Of a DNA stretch of 64,000 bases, positions 10,106 to 18,556 are shown piece after piece; within the stretch, counting starts at the first letter, position 1, and each line of letters begins with the position of its first letter. The position numbers were made by a program, and so were the translations under genes. The notes under the pieces are model-generated. The model saw only the letters and a program-made list of their open reading frames with translations. It was not told the DNA's origin and searched no databases. The DNA comes from a virus: IMG/VR virus record IMGVR_UViG_3300042543_000303, positions 1 to 64,000 of that record; one strand, 5' to 3'.

Positions 10106-10171
10106 ACGCCCTATTGAAACTTATTAAGCGCGAATTGTAAATACCGTACAAACCGTACGTTTAGTTGTATC

Positions 10172-10504
10172 TTAGATTTCTACCCAGGTAACGACGCAAA
10201 TCTCGTCAACTACATCGCCTTCGCGTGTCTCTCCAGCTACATCGCACACGGCAAAGTCGATGGCGCCATCTACCATTCCGGCGTACCCGTGAGTGACGAT
10301 CGCGGTGTCAAGACTTCTAAAGCCGTCGCCTAATGATACGGCGGATCCGTCGCGCTGAAGCGCGGACGCTAGCGCTCGACGAACTACTTCGTGTTCAATG
10401 TCGACGTGTCCAATGGTGAAGAACACCGTTCCGTCATTCTCCGTCTCAAGATCTTCACCGGTCCACTCGTACCAAAGCGTCTCTCCAGTCCTTGAGTCTT
10501 TCAT
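10172..10504 (-). CDS. Hypothetical protein (start revised to MKDSRTG at 10504)
   Basis: ATGA overlap with the stop of 10501-10755. Confidence 0.65.
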   Translation of the reverse strand: MKDSRTGETLWYEWTGEDLETENDGTVFFTIGHVDIEHEVVRRALASALQRDGSAVSLGDGFRSLDTAIVTHGYAGMVDGAIDFAVCDVAGETREGDVVDEICVVTWVEI

Positions 10505-10755
10505 GACAAGTGCTCGAGCCAGATCTTGCGTACGTTGCTCGCAGGAGTGACAACAGTCTCGAAAGGAACGTATGTGTCTTCGCCGGTCTTGCGGCAGGAG
10601 CACGACACGGCGATGCCCATGCCGCACGCGTCAGCTTCAATTGCGCGTACGATGCGGATTTGATGAGGCAAAGAGTCGTCCATGATCATCCAGGAATCAT
10701 CGTCTACTGGGACGCTGTGAACCAGCCTAAGATGCCCTCTAGTTTTCACACTCAT
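10501..10755 (-). CDS. Hypothetical protein (H..CSC..W..H, possible Zn binder)
   Basis: Overlap coupling to both neighbours. Confidence 0.6.
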   Translation of the reverse strand: MSVKTRGHLRLVHSVPVDDDSWMIMDDSLPHQIRIVRAIEADACGMGIAVSCSCRKTGEDTYVPFETVVTPASNVRKIWLEHLS

Positions 10756-11123
10756 ATTTTATTCACCGCTAGCCCGACTAGTTCTCCGACAGCGTCTCGA
10801 CTAGAAGGAATTTTGTACCAGTCACCAAGCCCGTGATCATACTCGTACACCGGTATAGCCGCGCTCATAGCCGCGGCTACTTCTACGCGCGCGCCGACAG
10901 ATTTCTTCCAGCCGTCAAGAACAAACACTCGCTGGCAACTAAAAATTCCAGATAGACACGACTTCATATAGTGCTCCCACGGTAGATCTGTTCTTCCCCC
11001 AAAGAGCTCAGTAGGATCAAAGACTTCATAGCCCGCTTCGCGCAGCTTTCGGCATAGAGCCGCAAATGCGCCGTAGTTGTGCCCATCTATGCCTGTCATA
11101 GGGCCGCTGATGTACGCCCGCAT
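10752..11123 (-). CDS. DUF4406 / nucleoside 2-deoxyribosyltransferase-like protein
   Basis: YISGPMTG..N..F..L..G..V.DP..W..YM..C..L.GW..S.GAR.E pattern. Confidence 0.85.
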   Translation of the reverse strand: MRAYISGPMTGIDGHNYGAFAALCRKLREAGYEVFDPTELFGGRTDLPWEHYMKSCLSGIFSCQRVFVLDGWKKSVGARVEVAAAMSAAIPVYEYDHGLGDWYKIPSSRDAVGELVGLAVNKI

Positions 11124-11245
11124 GGGTTACTTACCCTTTCGTGCGTCTTAGAGCAAATCTAAGACAATTTAATAGAGACGTGGTAAACGATATGGAATAG
11201 CCTATGTTTGTCCGCTAGAGTCGCCGAGAGAGCCTTATTTTTCAC

Positions 11246-11755
11246 CTAAGCTGCCATGAAACCGTCTTGATGCGGCCACAGGTACTCGTATGAGCCCGGG
11301 GACGACCCTGGATCCTCCAGATAGTCAAACTGCGAGTACCACTCATAGTTCTTAACCAGCAGCGCGCGCCGATGCGTTGAGACAAGACGCGAGAAGTAGT
11401 CGCCGTCTTGCATCCACGACGGCAAGGTTAGCTCGGAACTGACTCGGCCGAGCTCAAGCGCGCGATCGAAGGTCGCAAACGTCTTGGGCAGAAGAGTAGA
11501 CTTGTAGCCTCGGGAACGCCACTCAAAATAGGTAGCTGAAATGTACGAGACAAGCAGCGCCTCGGAGCCGCGCCACATGCGCGTCACCGGGTGATTGACC
11601 CAGCCTTTCTGCTGACGGTCGTTGCCCTCAGGGTCAAGACAAGTAAGAGTAAGAAGTGTCTGCCATGCCTCAAGTGTCTGCTTGTGAAGTCTTTTATTGT
11701 CAAGCTGGCGAGCGGTAACTTCAAAGCTGCCAGTATCTACAAGAAATGTCTGCAT
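11246..11755 (-). CDS. Pyrimidine-dimer DNA glycosylase / endonuclease V-like protein (MSMEG_6728 type)
   Basis: MQTFL..LDNKRL.KQ..E..Q, GW.NHP..MWRG and STHR..LL.K..WY motifs. Confidence 0.85.
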   Translation of the reverse strand: MQTFLVDTGSFEVTARQLDNKRLHKQTLEAWQTLLTLTCLDPEGNDRQQKGWVNHPVTRMWRGSEALLVSYISATYFEWRSRGYKSTLLPKTFATFDRALELGRVSSELTLPSWMQDGDYFSRLVSTHRRALLVKNYEWYSQFDYLEDPGSSPGSYEYLWPHQDGFMAA

Positions 11756-11758
11756 ACA

Positions 11759-11790
11759 CGTCCTAATGTCGTTATGGTAGAGCTATTATA
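11759..11790 (-). promoter_or_regulatory. TATAAT promoter, TAACGACA motif and AGGACG RBS
   Basis: TATAAT at 11790-11785 and TAACGACA at 11774-11767. Confidence 0.6.
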
Positions 11791-11797
11791 TCGTGCA

Positions 11798-13207
11798 CTA
11801 TCGCACTGTAAACACCTTGCCGCCGCCGGACCCCGGCTTCGCCTGCGGCAGTCTACGACTTGCAAATGATTTGGCAGTTAGCCGACCGCCAACAAATCCA
11901 GGCGGAGGCTTGATCAGAAGCGCAGTCATAGCATGAACTAGTGCGTCGATACGGTCAGGCGACTTACCCTCGCCGGGAATCCATGCGCACATCTGAGACT
12001 CTAGATCTGCAAGAATCCCGACATGGTGAACACGGGTCTGCTCATACGCAAGTACGACTGGCTCAGCGCGAAGCGCCTTGCCGTGCTTGCTGTGTACCTC
12101 GAGAACTTTAATACTCGGGTCGATAGCCTGAATTGCATTGCGCACAAGCGCGCCGCCCTGATTGACTTCGGCAACAACCGGCGCCTGCCACTTACGCGCC
12201 ATCGTGGCAACCGCGCTCGCCCAGACTTCAGGCGAGCCGTGCACCGTGGCATCTTCAACTACCCAGGCATGACGCTTATACAGATCGCGATCAGCCATTG
12301 CGGTGCATACCACGATGCCGCACTCATCGCGCGGGTTCTCAGCGACAGACGGGTCGACGCCGACAACGCGCAACGGCGCGTTCATCGGCAATGCCATTTG
12401 GCGCCCAGCCTCGATCATCTCCAACGTCCAGAGCGCGCCTTCAACGTCGTCGAGCATCTCGCCGTACAGCTCTTGCTGCGCCAGGCGGGTGCCTGCGTAC
12501 ACTCCGGTGATCGTGTCCAAGTACGCGCCAGATAGGTTACCCGCGTTGTCGAGCGTCGAGCCGCGAGAGATGTACACCTTGCCTGTGCGCTCGGCTTCGG
12601 AAATCAAACCATAGAGAACCGGCACGCGCTTTGGCGTAGTTGTCGCGATGATCTGCGGGTTAGAGCCAAGACGACAGGCGACGCGAAGGTTGTCCCACGA
12701 GGTCATACCAGCCGCGTCAGGCGTTTGCCGCCAGGCGGCAAGCTCGTCAGCCCAGGCGTAGTGTGCCTGGATACCGCGGAGGCCGTCAGGTTCATCGGCA
12801 GTGAACAGCGTCGCAGTGTTCCCGTTCGCCCAAGTAAGGCGTCGCTTGGATGGCTCGTAGTGCGGGCGCTCGCTTGGCGGACTGACATTGATGATACCGG
12901 ATTCGCCTTCAACAATGACGTCGCGAACGTCCGCCGCAGTACGGGCAACTAGCGCAAAGCGCAGTTGACCCTTGTTTGTGTACTTAGCCTTCTCACGTAC
13001 CCACTCCGCAGCGGAGCGAGTCTTACCTGCGCCTCGGCCGGCAAGGTACAGCCAGATTGCCCACGACTCGTCCTGCGGCGGTCTTTGCTCTGGTCGAGCC
13101 CACATCGACCAGTCCCAGACGAGCGCGTCCATGTCAAGACCTTCAAGCGCCGCTGCCTGCTCCTCCGGCGGCAACGTCGCAACGATCTCCATAAGGCTCT
13201 TGCCCAT
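11798..13207 (-). CDS. terL: Terminase large subunit
   Basis: Walker A AGRGAGKT, LRG.Q, Walker B AWADE, ATTTP, QELYG, nuclease VGVDP, AE.NQGG and SPDRIDA. Confidence 0.95.
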   Translation of the reverse strand: MGKSLMEIVATLPPEEQAAALEGLDMDALVWDWSMWARPEQRPPQDESWAIWLYLAGRGAGKTRSAAEWVREKAKYTNKGQLRFALVARTAADVRDVIVEGESGIINVSPPSERPHYEPSKRRLTWANGNTATLFTADEPDGLRGIQAHYAWADELAAWRQTPDAAGMTSWDNLRVACRLGSNPQIIATTTPKRVPVLYGLISEAERTGKVYISRGSTLDNAGNLSGAYLDTITGVYAGTRLAQQELYGEMLDDVEGALWTLEMIEAGRQMALPMNAPLRVVGVDPSVAENPRDECGIVVCTAMADRDLYKRHAWVVEDATVHGSPEVWASAVATMARKWQAPVVAEVNQGGALVRNAIQAIDPSIKVLEVHSKHGKALRAEPVVLAYEQTRVHHVGILADLESQMCAWIPGEGKSPDRIDALVHAMTALLIKPPPGFVGGRLTAKSFASRRLPQAKPGSGGGKVFTVR

Positions 13208-13214
13208 GCGTTAG

Positions 13215-13220
13215 ATCATA
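13215..13220 (-). promoter_or_regulatory. -10 box for a probably leaderless terL mRNA
   Basis: TATGAT 7 nt before the ATG, with no SD. Confidence 0.55.
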
Positions 13221-13240
13221 CCCTAAGATCTGCCAAATGG

Positions 13241-13298
13241 TGACTGCCCCGCGGGCGAAGTGACAGGGGCTATCACCTCAAGCGCCGCGGGGCAGCCA
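13241..13298 (-). terminator. Long bipartite RNA hairpin (terminator or processing site)
   Basis: On the - strand: 14-bp outer stem TGGCTGCCCCGCGG/CCGCGGGGCAGTCA and 10-bp inner stem GAGGTGATAG/CTGTCACTTC. The mismatches are G-U pairs only on this strand. Confidence 0.65.
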
Positions 13299-13331
13299 GA
13301 GATCTAATGTAACCTAGAGAGAATAAAGCTA

Positions 13332-13799
13332 CTACGCGCTTTCTCGAAGTGCCGCGCGCTGAACCCCGTAGTACAGAGGGGCGGCCGAACTAAGCCCGAG
13401 CTCCTCCGCCAGAGCGGCAAGAGACACGCCCTTCGAGTACTCGGCAGCAAGCGCGGAATGATACGCCTCGGCGCCACCGCTGTCTCGGGCCTTTGTCACT
13501 CTCTTAGCCGCGGCGGAGATCTCGGCCTCCGAGTACTTAACTCGGCCCTTCTTCATGGTCGAAGGAGGCAGCTTTGCGGTGAAGACGCGGCGGCGCATTC
13601 CGCTATACGCCACGTCTAGTTTTTCCGACAGCGCGACGAGACTGCCGCCATTCTCGTAGAACTCCGCAAGAAGTCGAGTATACTCCCGGCTTGCCTCGTG
13701 CGCCGGCGTAACCTGCGCGCGGGATCCATAGGCTCTTTTGGCAAGCGGCAATAGCGGCTTGATCTTCTTGGCGTACTGCTCGACGAGAGCGTCGCTCAC
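13332..13799 (-). CDS. Probable DNA-binding protein with tandem HTH-like repeats
   Basis: Internal duplication Y..LLAEFYENGGSLVALSEKL / Y..ALAAEYSKGVSLAALAEEL. AGGGAG RBS. Confidence 0.7.
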   Translation of the reverse strand: MSDALVEQYAKKIKPLLPLAKRAYGSRAQVTPAHEASREYTRLLAEFYENGGSLVALSEKLDVAYSGMRRRVFTAKLPPSTMKKGRVKYSEAEISAAAKRVTKARDSGGAEAYHSALAAEYSKGVSLAALAEELGLSSAAPLYYGVQRAALRESA

Positions 13800-13847
13800 T
13801 TTGTCTCTCCCTGTTGTTTGTCAGTGCGTTGTCTCGATGATGATTTG

Positions 13848-13860
13848 ATTATATTACATG
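13848..13860 (-). promoter_or_regulatory. Promoter CATGTAATATAAT
   Basis: Consensus TATAAT in an AT-rich gap. The same 10-mer CATGTAATAT occurs upstream of the capsid gene. Confidence 0.6.
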
Positions 13861-13886
13861 AGACACGAGAAATAAAATTAAGATTT

Positions 13887-13994
13887 CTAAAGAGGTTCGC
13901 CTTCGCAGCACGACGCCTTAAAACCGCAGTGCGGGCACAGCCAACGAGTGGCTACAGGAGAAAATCTCTCGCCGCAGGAGTCGCACTCAATCAT
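13887..13994 (-). CDS. 35-aa zinc-finger microprotein (not in the ORF track)
   Basis: MIECDSCGERFSPVATRWLCPHCGFKASCCEGEPL*. ATGA overlap with the upstream stop; CxxC, CPxCG and CC motifs. Confidence 0.75.
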   Translation of the reverse strand: MIECDSCGERFSPVATRWLCPHCGFKASCCEGEPL

Positions 13995-14239
13995 TCTGCT
14001 TGAACCTCTTGACCATCAGTTTTTACGTCGCCCCAGGCGATAGCACGGGCGAGCACGACTAGTCTCTCTGCCTCGGCATAGAGTTCTTCTGCGGCTACGA
14101 GAAGATCTGCCTTGTCCTCAATGCTTTTCGGCGCGGCTAGATCCGAAACTACAGCATTTGCGGTATACGCGCACGCGGCCATGCGACGAAGCGCGCGTGC
14201 CTGCGCGTCTTCGTACTGCCAACTTCGCTCGAATCCCAT
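13991..14239 (-). CDS. Hypothetical protein
   Basis: TACAAT (14252-14247) lies 7 nt before the ATG, a leaderless arrangement. Confidence 0.65.
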   Translation of the reverse strand: MGFERSWQYEDAQARALRRMAACAYTANAVVSDLAAPKSIEDKADLLVAAEELYAEAERLVVLARAIAWGDVKTDGQEVQAE

Positions 14240-14270
14240 GACAGTAATTGTAGTACTGGCTCACGAAGTC

Positions 14271-14540
14271 TTAGTCTTCCCAGGGGCGAAGTTCAACGAT
14301 CTCACTGAGATATGGAACTGTCTCTGGATCGCGCTCGACGAAAAGTCCAACTATGGTTAAATCAGAACACATGCAGCAAATGTAGACATTTCCTGTTTGC
14401 AAGTTTTCTGGAATGGAGACACCGGACAGCTTTGAGACAATATTTCCGTCCTCGTCCACGCCCTCTGGCTCCCAGACAGTGTTCTCATCTAGCCAGCATC
14501 GTTCGCAGATCGGCAGTGTTTCCAGGTTAATCTCGCTCAT
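14271..14540 (-). CDS. Small acidic Cys-containing protein (CERC..CCMC)
   Basis: ORF fills the gap; two CxxC pairs. Confidence 0.65.
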   Translation of the reverse strand: MSEINLETLPICERCWLDENTVWEPEGVDEDGNIVSKLSGVSIPENLQTGNVYICCMCSDLTIVGLFVERDPETVPYLSEIVELRPWED

Positions 14541-14568
14541 AAAGATATCAAATCACATTTCGACGCGG

Positions 14569-15822
14569 CTATTCTGAGTACCAGCGCTTGCGCACGGCTT
14601 CACGGGAAAAGCCTTTGTCAAGGTTAAGAAGCCACTCACGATCACCAATGAGCTCCCCTTGCGGGCCAGTAGGCGTCCCCTTGATGGCGCCGTTGATAGC
14701 CTCGCCTAGCCACGTGGCGGCTTGCACTGGCACGGCCTTACCCCACACGGCCGGCAGCGCGCTGTACGTGCGAACGGGCTCGATAGCCCAGCCGTCTGGC
14801 AGCCCCTGCATCCGTGCTGCTTCACGATGCGTGATTAGACGCGGCTTTGTTGGGTGTACCACGTGATCAAGCGCTGAGCCGGTAAGAACGTTCGCCCAGT
14901 AGCGATCGCTCCACCGATACGGCGTCGAAAAGCCTAGACGGTAATCCTTTCTTCGAACGCCCTCTTCAAGATTCTTCCATGTCGGCGGGAACTCGCCCAG
15001 GTTATCAACTGCCTTTTTGAGCGCGTCACCTAGACTTTCATTGGCCATCCAGGCGTCGTCTTCGGCAATAGACGTGAAAACTTCCTCGACCCGTTGAGCG
15101 TGGATATTCGTTCGCCCCATGTGCCCGTCAACCTGGCCGGTCTGATTTCTCAGCGAACGCGTCCATTTTGTGTCGTCCCCGACGTATGGCTGCTCTTCCC
15201 ACTGATATGGCATATCGGCAAGGTCACCGATGACTTCCATGATCTTAGGCAACTCAGTGGGGTCGTCGCAGTGCGCACCAAAAGGCAAGCCCTTCTCAAC
15301 CGCTACCCAGAAATAACGCGGCCGGAACGAAAATCCGCCAAGACGCAGATTGTTGTGCTTGACGTGATACAGGTCGTATTCTTTGCCGCTTAGCTGTTCG
15401 AGCATGTCGCGGTATTGGAGCATTACCTCGCGCCCTTGAGTGTACGCCTGCTGCACACACTCAAACGAGACAACTGTCGGCTTCTGCCGCGCGGCGTACT
15501 GCATGAATGCACGCGTATGCACATGCGCCGGTGAATCCGGCCCGCGATATGTTGGCCCGCTAAACGGTGACCACCCTGAGCACGGAGGACACCCGACCAC
15601 AGCGTCCGTGTCGTCAAAATCCGGCCAGTCATCTGGGTCATCAGAGAACCAGGCGTCCCAGTACTCATCATCCGAGTTGAAGTGTTTACGGTTCGCTTCC
15701 GCGACGCGGTTACCAAAATCAAGAGTGCCGACTCGTCCTTGCATCTTCATTCCAGCATTTGCCATGCCAAGGCTCATAAAACCAGCAAGGCCGTTGCAGT
15801 CAACAAACTTCGGGGCACTCAT
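14569..15822 (-). CDS. Divergent DNA cytosine-C5 methyltransferase-fold enzyme (start revised to MSAPKF)
   Basis: Motif IV GCPPCSGWS, motif VI FECV (for ENV), motif VIII RPRYF, motif IX RLITHREAARMQGLPD, motif X WGKAVP (for GNAV). Motif I is altered to DCNGLAG. AAGGAG RBS before 15822. Confidence 0.85.
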   Translation of the reverse strand: MSAPKFVDCNGLAGFMSLGMANAGMKMQGRVGTLDFGNRVAEANRKHFNSDDEYWDAWFSDDPDDWPDFDDTDAVVGCPPCSGWSPFSGPTYRGPDSPAHVHTRAFMQYAARQKPTVVSFECVQQAYTQGREVMLQYRDMLEQLSGKEYDLYHVKHNNLRLGGFSFRPRYFWVAVEKGLPFGAHCDDPTELPKIMEVIGDLADMPYQWEEQPYVGDDTKWTRSLRNQTGQVDGHMGRTNIHAQRVEEVFTSIAEDDAWMANESLGDALKKAVDNLGEFPPTWKNLEEGVRRKDYRLGFSTPYRWSDRYWANVLTGSALDHVVHPTKPRLITHREAARMQGLPDGWAIEPVRTYSALPAVWGKAVPVQAATWLGEAINGAIKGTPTGPQGELIGDREWLLNLDKGFSREAVRKRWYSE

Positions 15823-15853
15823 GTGTCTCCTTCGTCGCGCGGTCGCCCTTACC

Positions 15854-16165
15854 TTACGCTGAGGTTGATCTGTTCTCAGTGATCTGGCCCACCTCATAGC
15901 CGCATCCCGCGTATCCGGCAATGTCGATCCAGGTGTCGGCCTGAAACCCGCCATTGACCAGTCGCGCCATCTTGACAGCGATCATTGCTGCCGCGACGTC
16001 CGATTCGGAGAATGGTCGCCCGAAGAGAACGGTCCAGATCCTAGCAATCCGGTTGAAATTCTCTTCTGGCCCGCCATACTGCTTGTCGCGATTACCGGCA
16101 ATAAGATCTGCCGCGGTACAAAGAGCTTCCTCGCGGGGGGTCTTCTTGCTTTCTTTGCTTGCCAT
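15854..16165 (-). CDS. DUF6378 family protein
   Basis: A..LI.G.R...YG.PEENF.RIA.IW..DVA..M...K.AR..DTW.DIAGYA pattern. Confidence 0.85.
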   Translation of the reverse strand: MASKESKKTPREEALCTAADLIAGNRDKQYGGPEENFNRIARIWTVLFGRPFSESDVAAAMIAVKMARLVNGGFQADTWIDIAGYAGCGYEVGQITENRSTSA

Positions 16166-16170
16166 GTCTT

Positions 16171-16380
16171 TTACCTCTTCATTCTTAGATGCACGGTTGC
16201 CTTGTACGCGCCATCGGCACTCATGTCTGAGTAGCTAGGAGTAATGTCGACTTCGATGTCGACCCGATTTTCAATTTCATCGATGCTAATCCCAAGAAAC
16301 TCTGCGACTGCGCGTAACGTCTTACCAGCAATCTCGTCGTACGTATCGCCTTGCACCTCTAGCTGCGCTGAAGCTCTCAT
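16171..16380 (-). CDS. Hypothetical protein
   Basis: TAATG coupling; operon position. Confidence 0.65.
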   Translation of the reverse strand: MRASAQLEVQGDTYDEIAGKTLRAVAEFLGISIDEIENRVDIEVDITPSYSDMSADGAYKATVHLRMKR

Positions 16381-16799
16381 TACTTGACTCTCTTCTCGAG
16401 CATGTACGGGCTATGATGCGCGCCTTCAATTGCCGGAGCCTTATCGTCCTCCGACTTAAAAATGACATCTCCGTATCGAATACCAACAATTCGTCCGCGC
16501 CGCCCGTTGTGCGCCGTTCCAGCTTCTCCCGTATACGCGTCAGCCTTAACTCGCACCTCATCTCCGACAGTGATTTGCCCCGGCTGCGCTTGAACCCAGA
16601 TCTCATCGGCAACGCTCTGAGGGATAAGCGCGTGCCCGAGTGCTACCTTGCTAAACACTTCAACTGTCTCGGCCGCTGACTTATCTGTGTGGTTCATTGT
16701 GTTCCACAGCTCCATAAGTCTTAGCACCGCCGTGCCAACCGACTGCTTAACTCTTGCCTGCGCGAATTGCTCGCGCACCCACTCTTCGCTAATCGTCAT
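16380..16799 (-). CDS. Hypothetical protein with an SH3/KOW-like C-terminus (start revised to MTISEEW)
   Basis: ATGA overlap with the dCTPase stop. ITVGDEVRV..HNGRRGRIVGI pattern. Confidence 0.7.
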   Translation of the reverse strand: MTISEEWVREQFAQARVKQSVGTAVLRLMELWNTMNHTDKSAAETVEVFSKVALGHALIPQSVADEIWVQAQPGQITVGDEVRVKADAYTGEAGTAHNGRRGRIVGIRYGDVIFKSEDDKAPAIEGAHHSPYMLEKRVK

Positions 16800-17269
16800 G
16801 CCACTACCTCGCACTTCACGCAAATTGTTGAATTAGAAACACTAACCCGGACTTCGTCAAGAGCCCTCGAGCAGACACCACACTTTACTCCAGCCTCGCG
16901 AACTTTGTACCCATCGCGCTGGCGCGCTCGATTCTTTTTCATTTTTTCTAGATAGATTTCGTCAAGCTCTTCGTCGGTGGCTCCAGCGGCGCAGATGATG
17001 TTAGCGACAAAATGCAGAACATCGACCGCCTCCTTAACTAGTTCTTCGCGGTCAAGGTACGGGTCATCGTGCTGCCACGGTTTCCACGACATTGCTTGCC
17101 GCATTTCGGCAAGTTCATCGTCAATCGCCAACATGTTCCAACGCATATACTCGATAGTGGCGTTGATATCATCAGGCGCGTTGCTGTGGAAGACCGAGTA
17201 CTTGGCTCCGTAGCACTCTTCCTGAAGCCTGGCAGTCTCCTTGAGCCAGTCTTGAAAAAGTCTTTTCAT
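16796..17269 (-). CDS. All-alpha dNTP pyrophosphatase (dimeric dUTPase / T4 gp56 dCTPase-like) with a C-terminal Zn ribbon
   Basis: DDELAE..WKPW..KEAVDVLHF..Y.EK..N..RQRDGY, then CGVC..CVKC. Start revised to MKRLF. Confidence 0.85.
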   Translation of the reverse strand: MKRLFQDWLKETARLQEECYGAKYSVFHSNAPDDINATIEYMRWNMLAIDDELAEMRQAMSWKPWQHDDPYLDREELVKEAVDVLHFVANIICAAGATDEELDEIYLEKMKKNRARQRDGYKVREAGVKCGVCSRALDEVRVSVSNSTICVKCEVVA

Positions 17270-17282
17270 TCTTACCCCTACT

Positions 17283-18308
17283 TCACTTTGATGAGAGCAA
17301 CAGCGTGTCGAGAAGATACTCAAGCGCTTTGCCTTTAGGCGTAATTGAAGATAGATAACTGTCCTTTTGCTGCGCGGCAAGACTATCTCGCCGCGCTTGA
17401 TTCATTTCGTCGACGGTAACGGCTAGATCCATCCACGGGTCACCAAGAATAGCAGACTCTCGCCAATCGGTAACGACTGGCACCCCTACGCCTATAGACT
17501 GGGCAACGCGAGGAGTCCACCATGACCCTGTCGGCTTAGACGGCGCAATAAGCGCGCCAACACCTTGCGACATCTGCGCAAGAACGTCACGATCTGCCCA
17601 TCCCTTGTGCTCTTTCATTGGCACGACATTGGTTTTCATTGTTGCTTGAACGCTGGCCGCCCACCGCGACTTCACATCGTCCACGACCCAGAATCTACTT
17701 CCATCGCTAGAAGAGAAAGTTTCTACGTCGTGTACCCGATCAAAAATTAGTGAGTCTAGATTCACTGCTCGAAGACTGTTAACCGCGTGGGGCGGGAGTG
17801 CGCTTGCAACCTTGCCCTGGTTTCCCCACGGCAGAATCGGGTACAAAGTTTCCGCCCAGGTGTACGAATTAAGATAGTTAACAGCGCCGTGAATCTTTGC
17901 CGCAGTTTCTGGCGTGCGTGCCTGCGCGTAGAACGGCCTAGCCGAATAGAAAGGCTTGAACATCGCGGCAGGAGATTCCTGCATCGCGTGAATGCTGTGC
18001 GCAATCTTTCCAGGGTCAGGCGCGTCAAGAAAAAGACGCAGCTTAGGGGAATCGCGCATCTCATTGATAACCCATAGCGCCGCGTACGCATGGTTAGCGG
18101 CGACGCTAGTGAGTGGCGATAGCCCAACGAACACGAGATCATAGTCCTCGAGCGCGTCTCTAGTCATTCCAAAACTCGGTGCGCAGATTTCGCTTGAATG
18201 CAGTTTGGTGCTGAGCGCGCTGGATAGAAGTCCGGCAAATGACACCGAGCGCTCTGCGTATTTTTTCGACGCCTGAGGCGCAGTCATCCCAGTGATAAGT
18301 GTTTTCAT
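17283..18308 (-). CDS. GT-B-like glycosyltransferase, putative DNA glycosyltransferase 2
   Basis: Paralogous to 18553-19734 (MK.L..G.T; D..FV.L.PL.S; WWTPR vs WWRSR). The fold is inferred from the pattern only. Confidence 0.55.
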   Translation of the reverse strand: MKTLITGMTAPQASKKYAERSVSFAGLLSSALSTKLHSSEICAPSFGMTRDALEDYDLVFVGLSPLTSVAANHAYAALWVINEMRDSPKLRLFLDAPDPGKIAHSIHAMQESPAAMFKPFYSARPFYAQARTPETAAKIHGAVNYLNSYTWAETLYPILPWGNQGKVASALPPHAVNSLRAVNLDSLIFDRVHDVETFSSSDGSRFWVVDDVKSRWAASVQATMKTNVVPMKEHKGWADRDVLAQMSQGVGALIAPSKPTGSWWTPRVAQSIGVGVPVVTDWRESAILGDPWMDLAVTVDEMNQARRDSLAAQQKDSYLSSITPKGKALEYLLDTLLLSSK

Positions 18309-18556
18309 TCGCGCCCGCCCGCGGGCTCGTCAACTTCACCAATTTCATCAAGAACAGCAGGTAGCGCGTCTAGCACGCGTTCGACATCCTCGCACGCGAT
18401 ACTCCCCCAGTTAAGCGCGTCGTCTCCAGCCGGGTAGCTGTTTGGGAACCACGCGGCAAGAAGAGCTTGCGCTAGTTTTCTTATGAGCTGATCTGTTACA
18501 TGCTCTGGTAAGTATTCTTCTGGGAAGCTTGTTTCATTGATCTCCGTGTACGTCAT
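18305..18556 (-). CDS. Hypothetical protein
   Basis: ATGA overlaps on both sides. Confidence 0.65.
   Translation of the reverse strand: MTYTEINETSFPEEYLPEHVTDQLIRKLAQALLAAWFPNSYPAGDDALNWGSIACEDVERVLDALPAVLDEIGEVDEPAGGRE

Noticed and set aside
15823-15954. Longest-ORF starts for the MTase (15954), helicase (24034), dCTPase (17380) and others
   Set aside because: They overlap upstream genes. Downstream starts have an RBS or stop-start coupling and coincide with the domain start.
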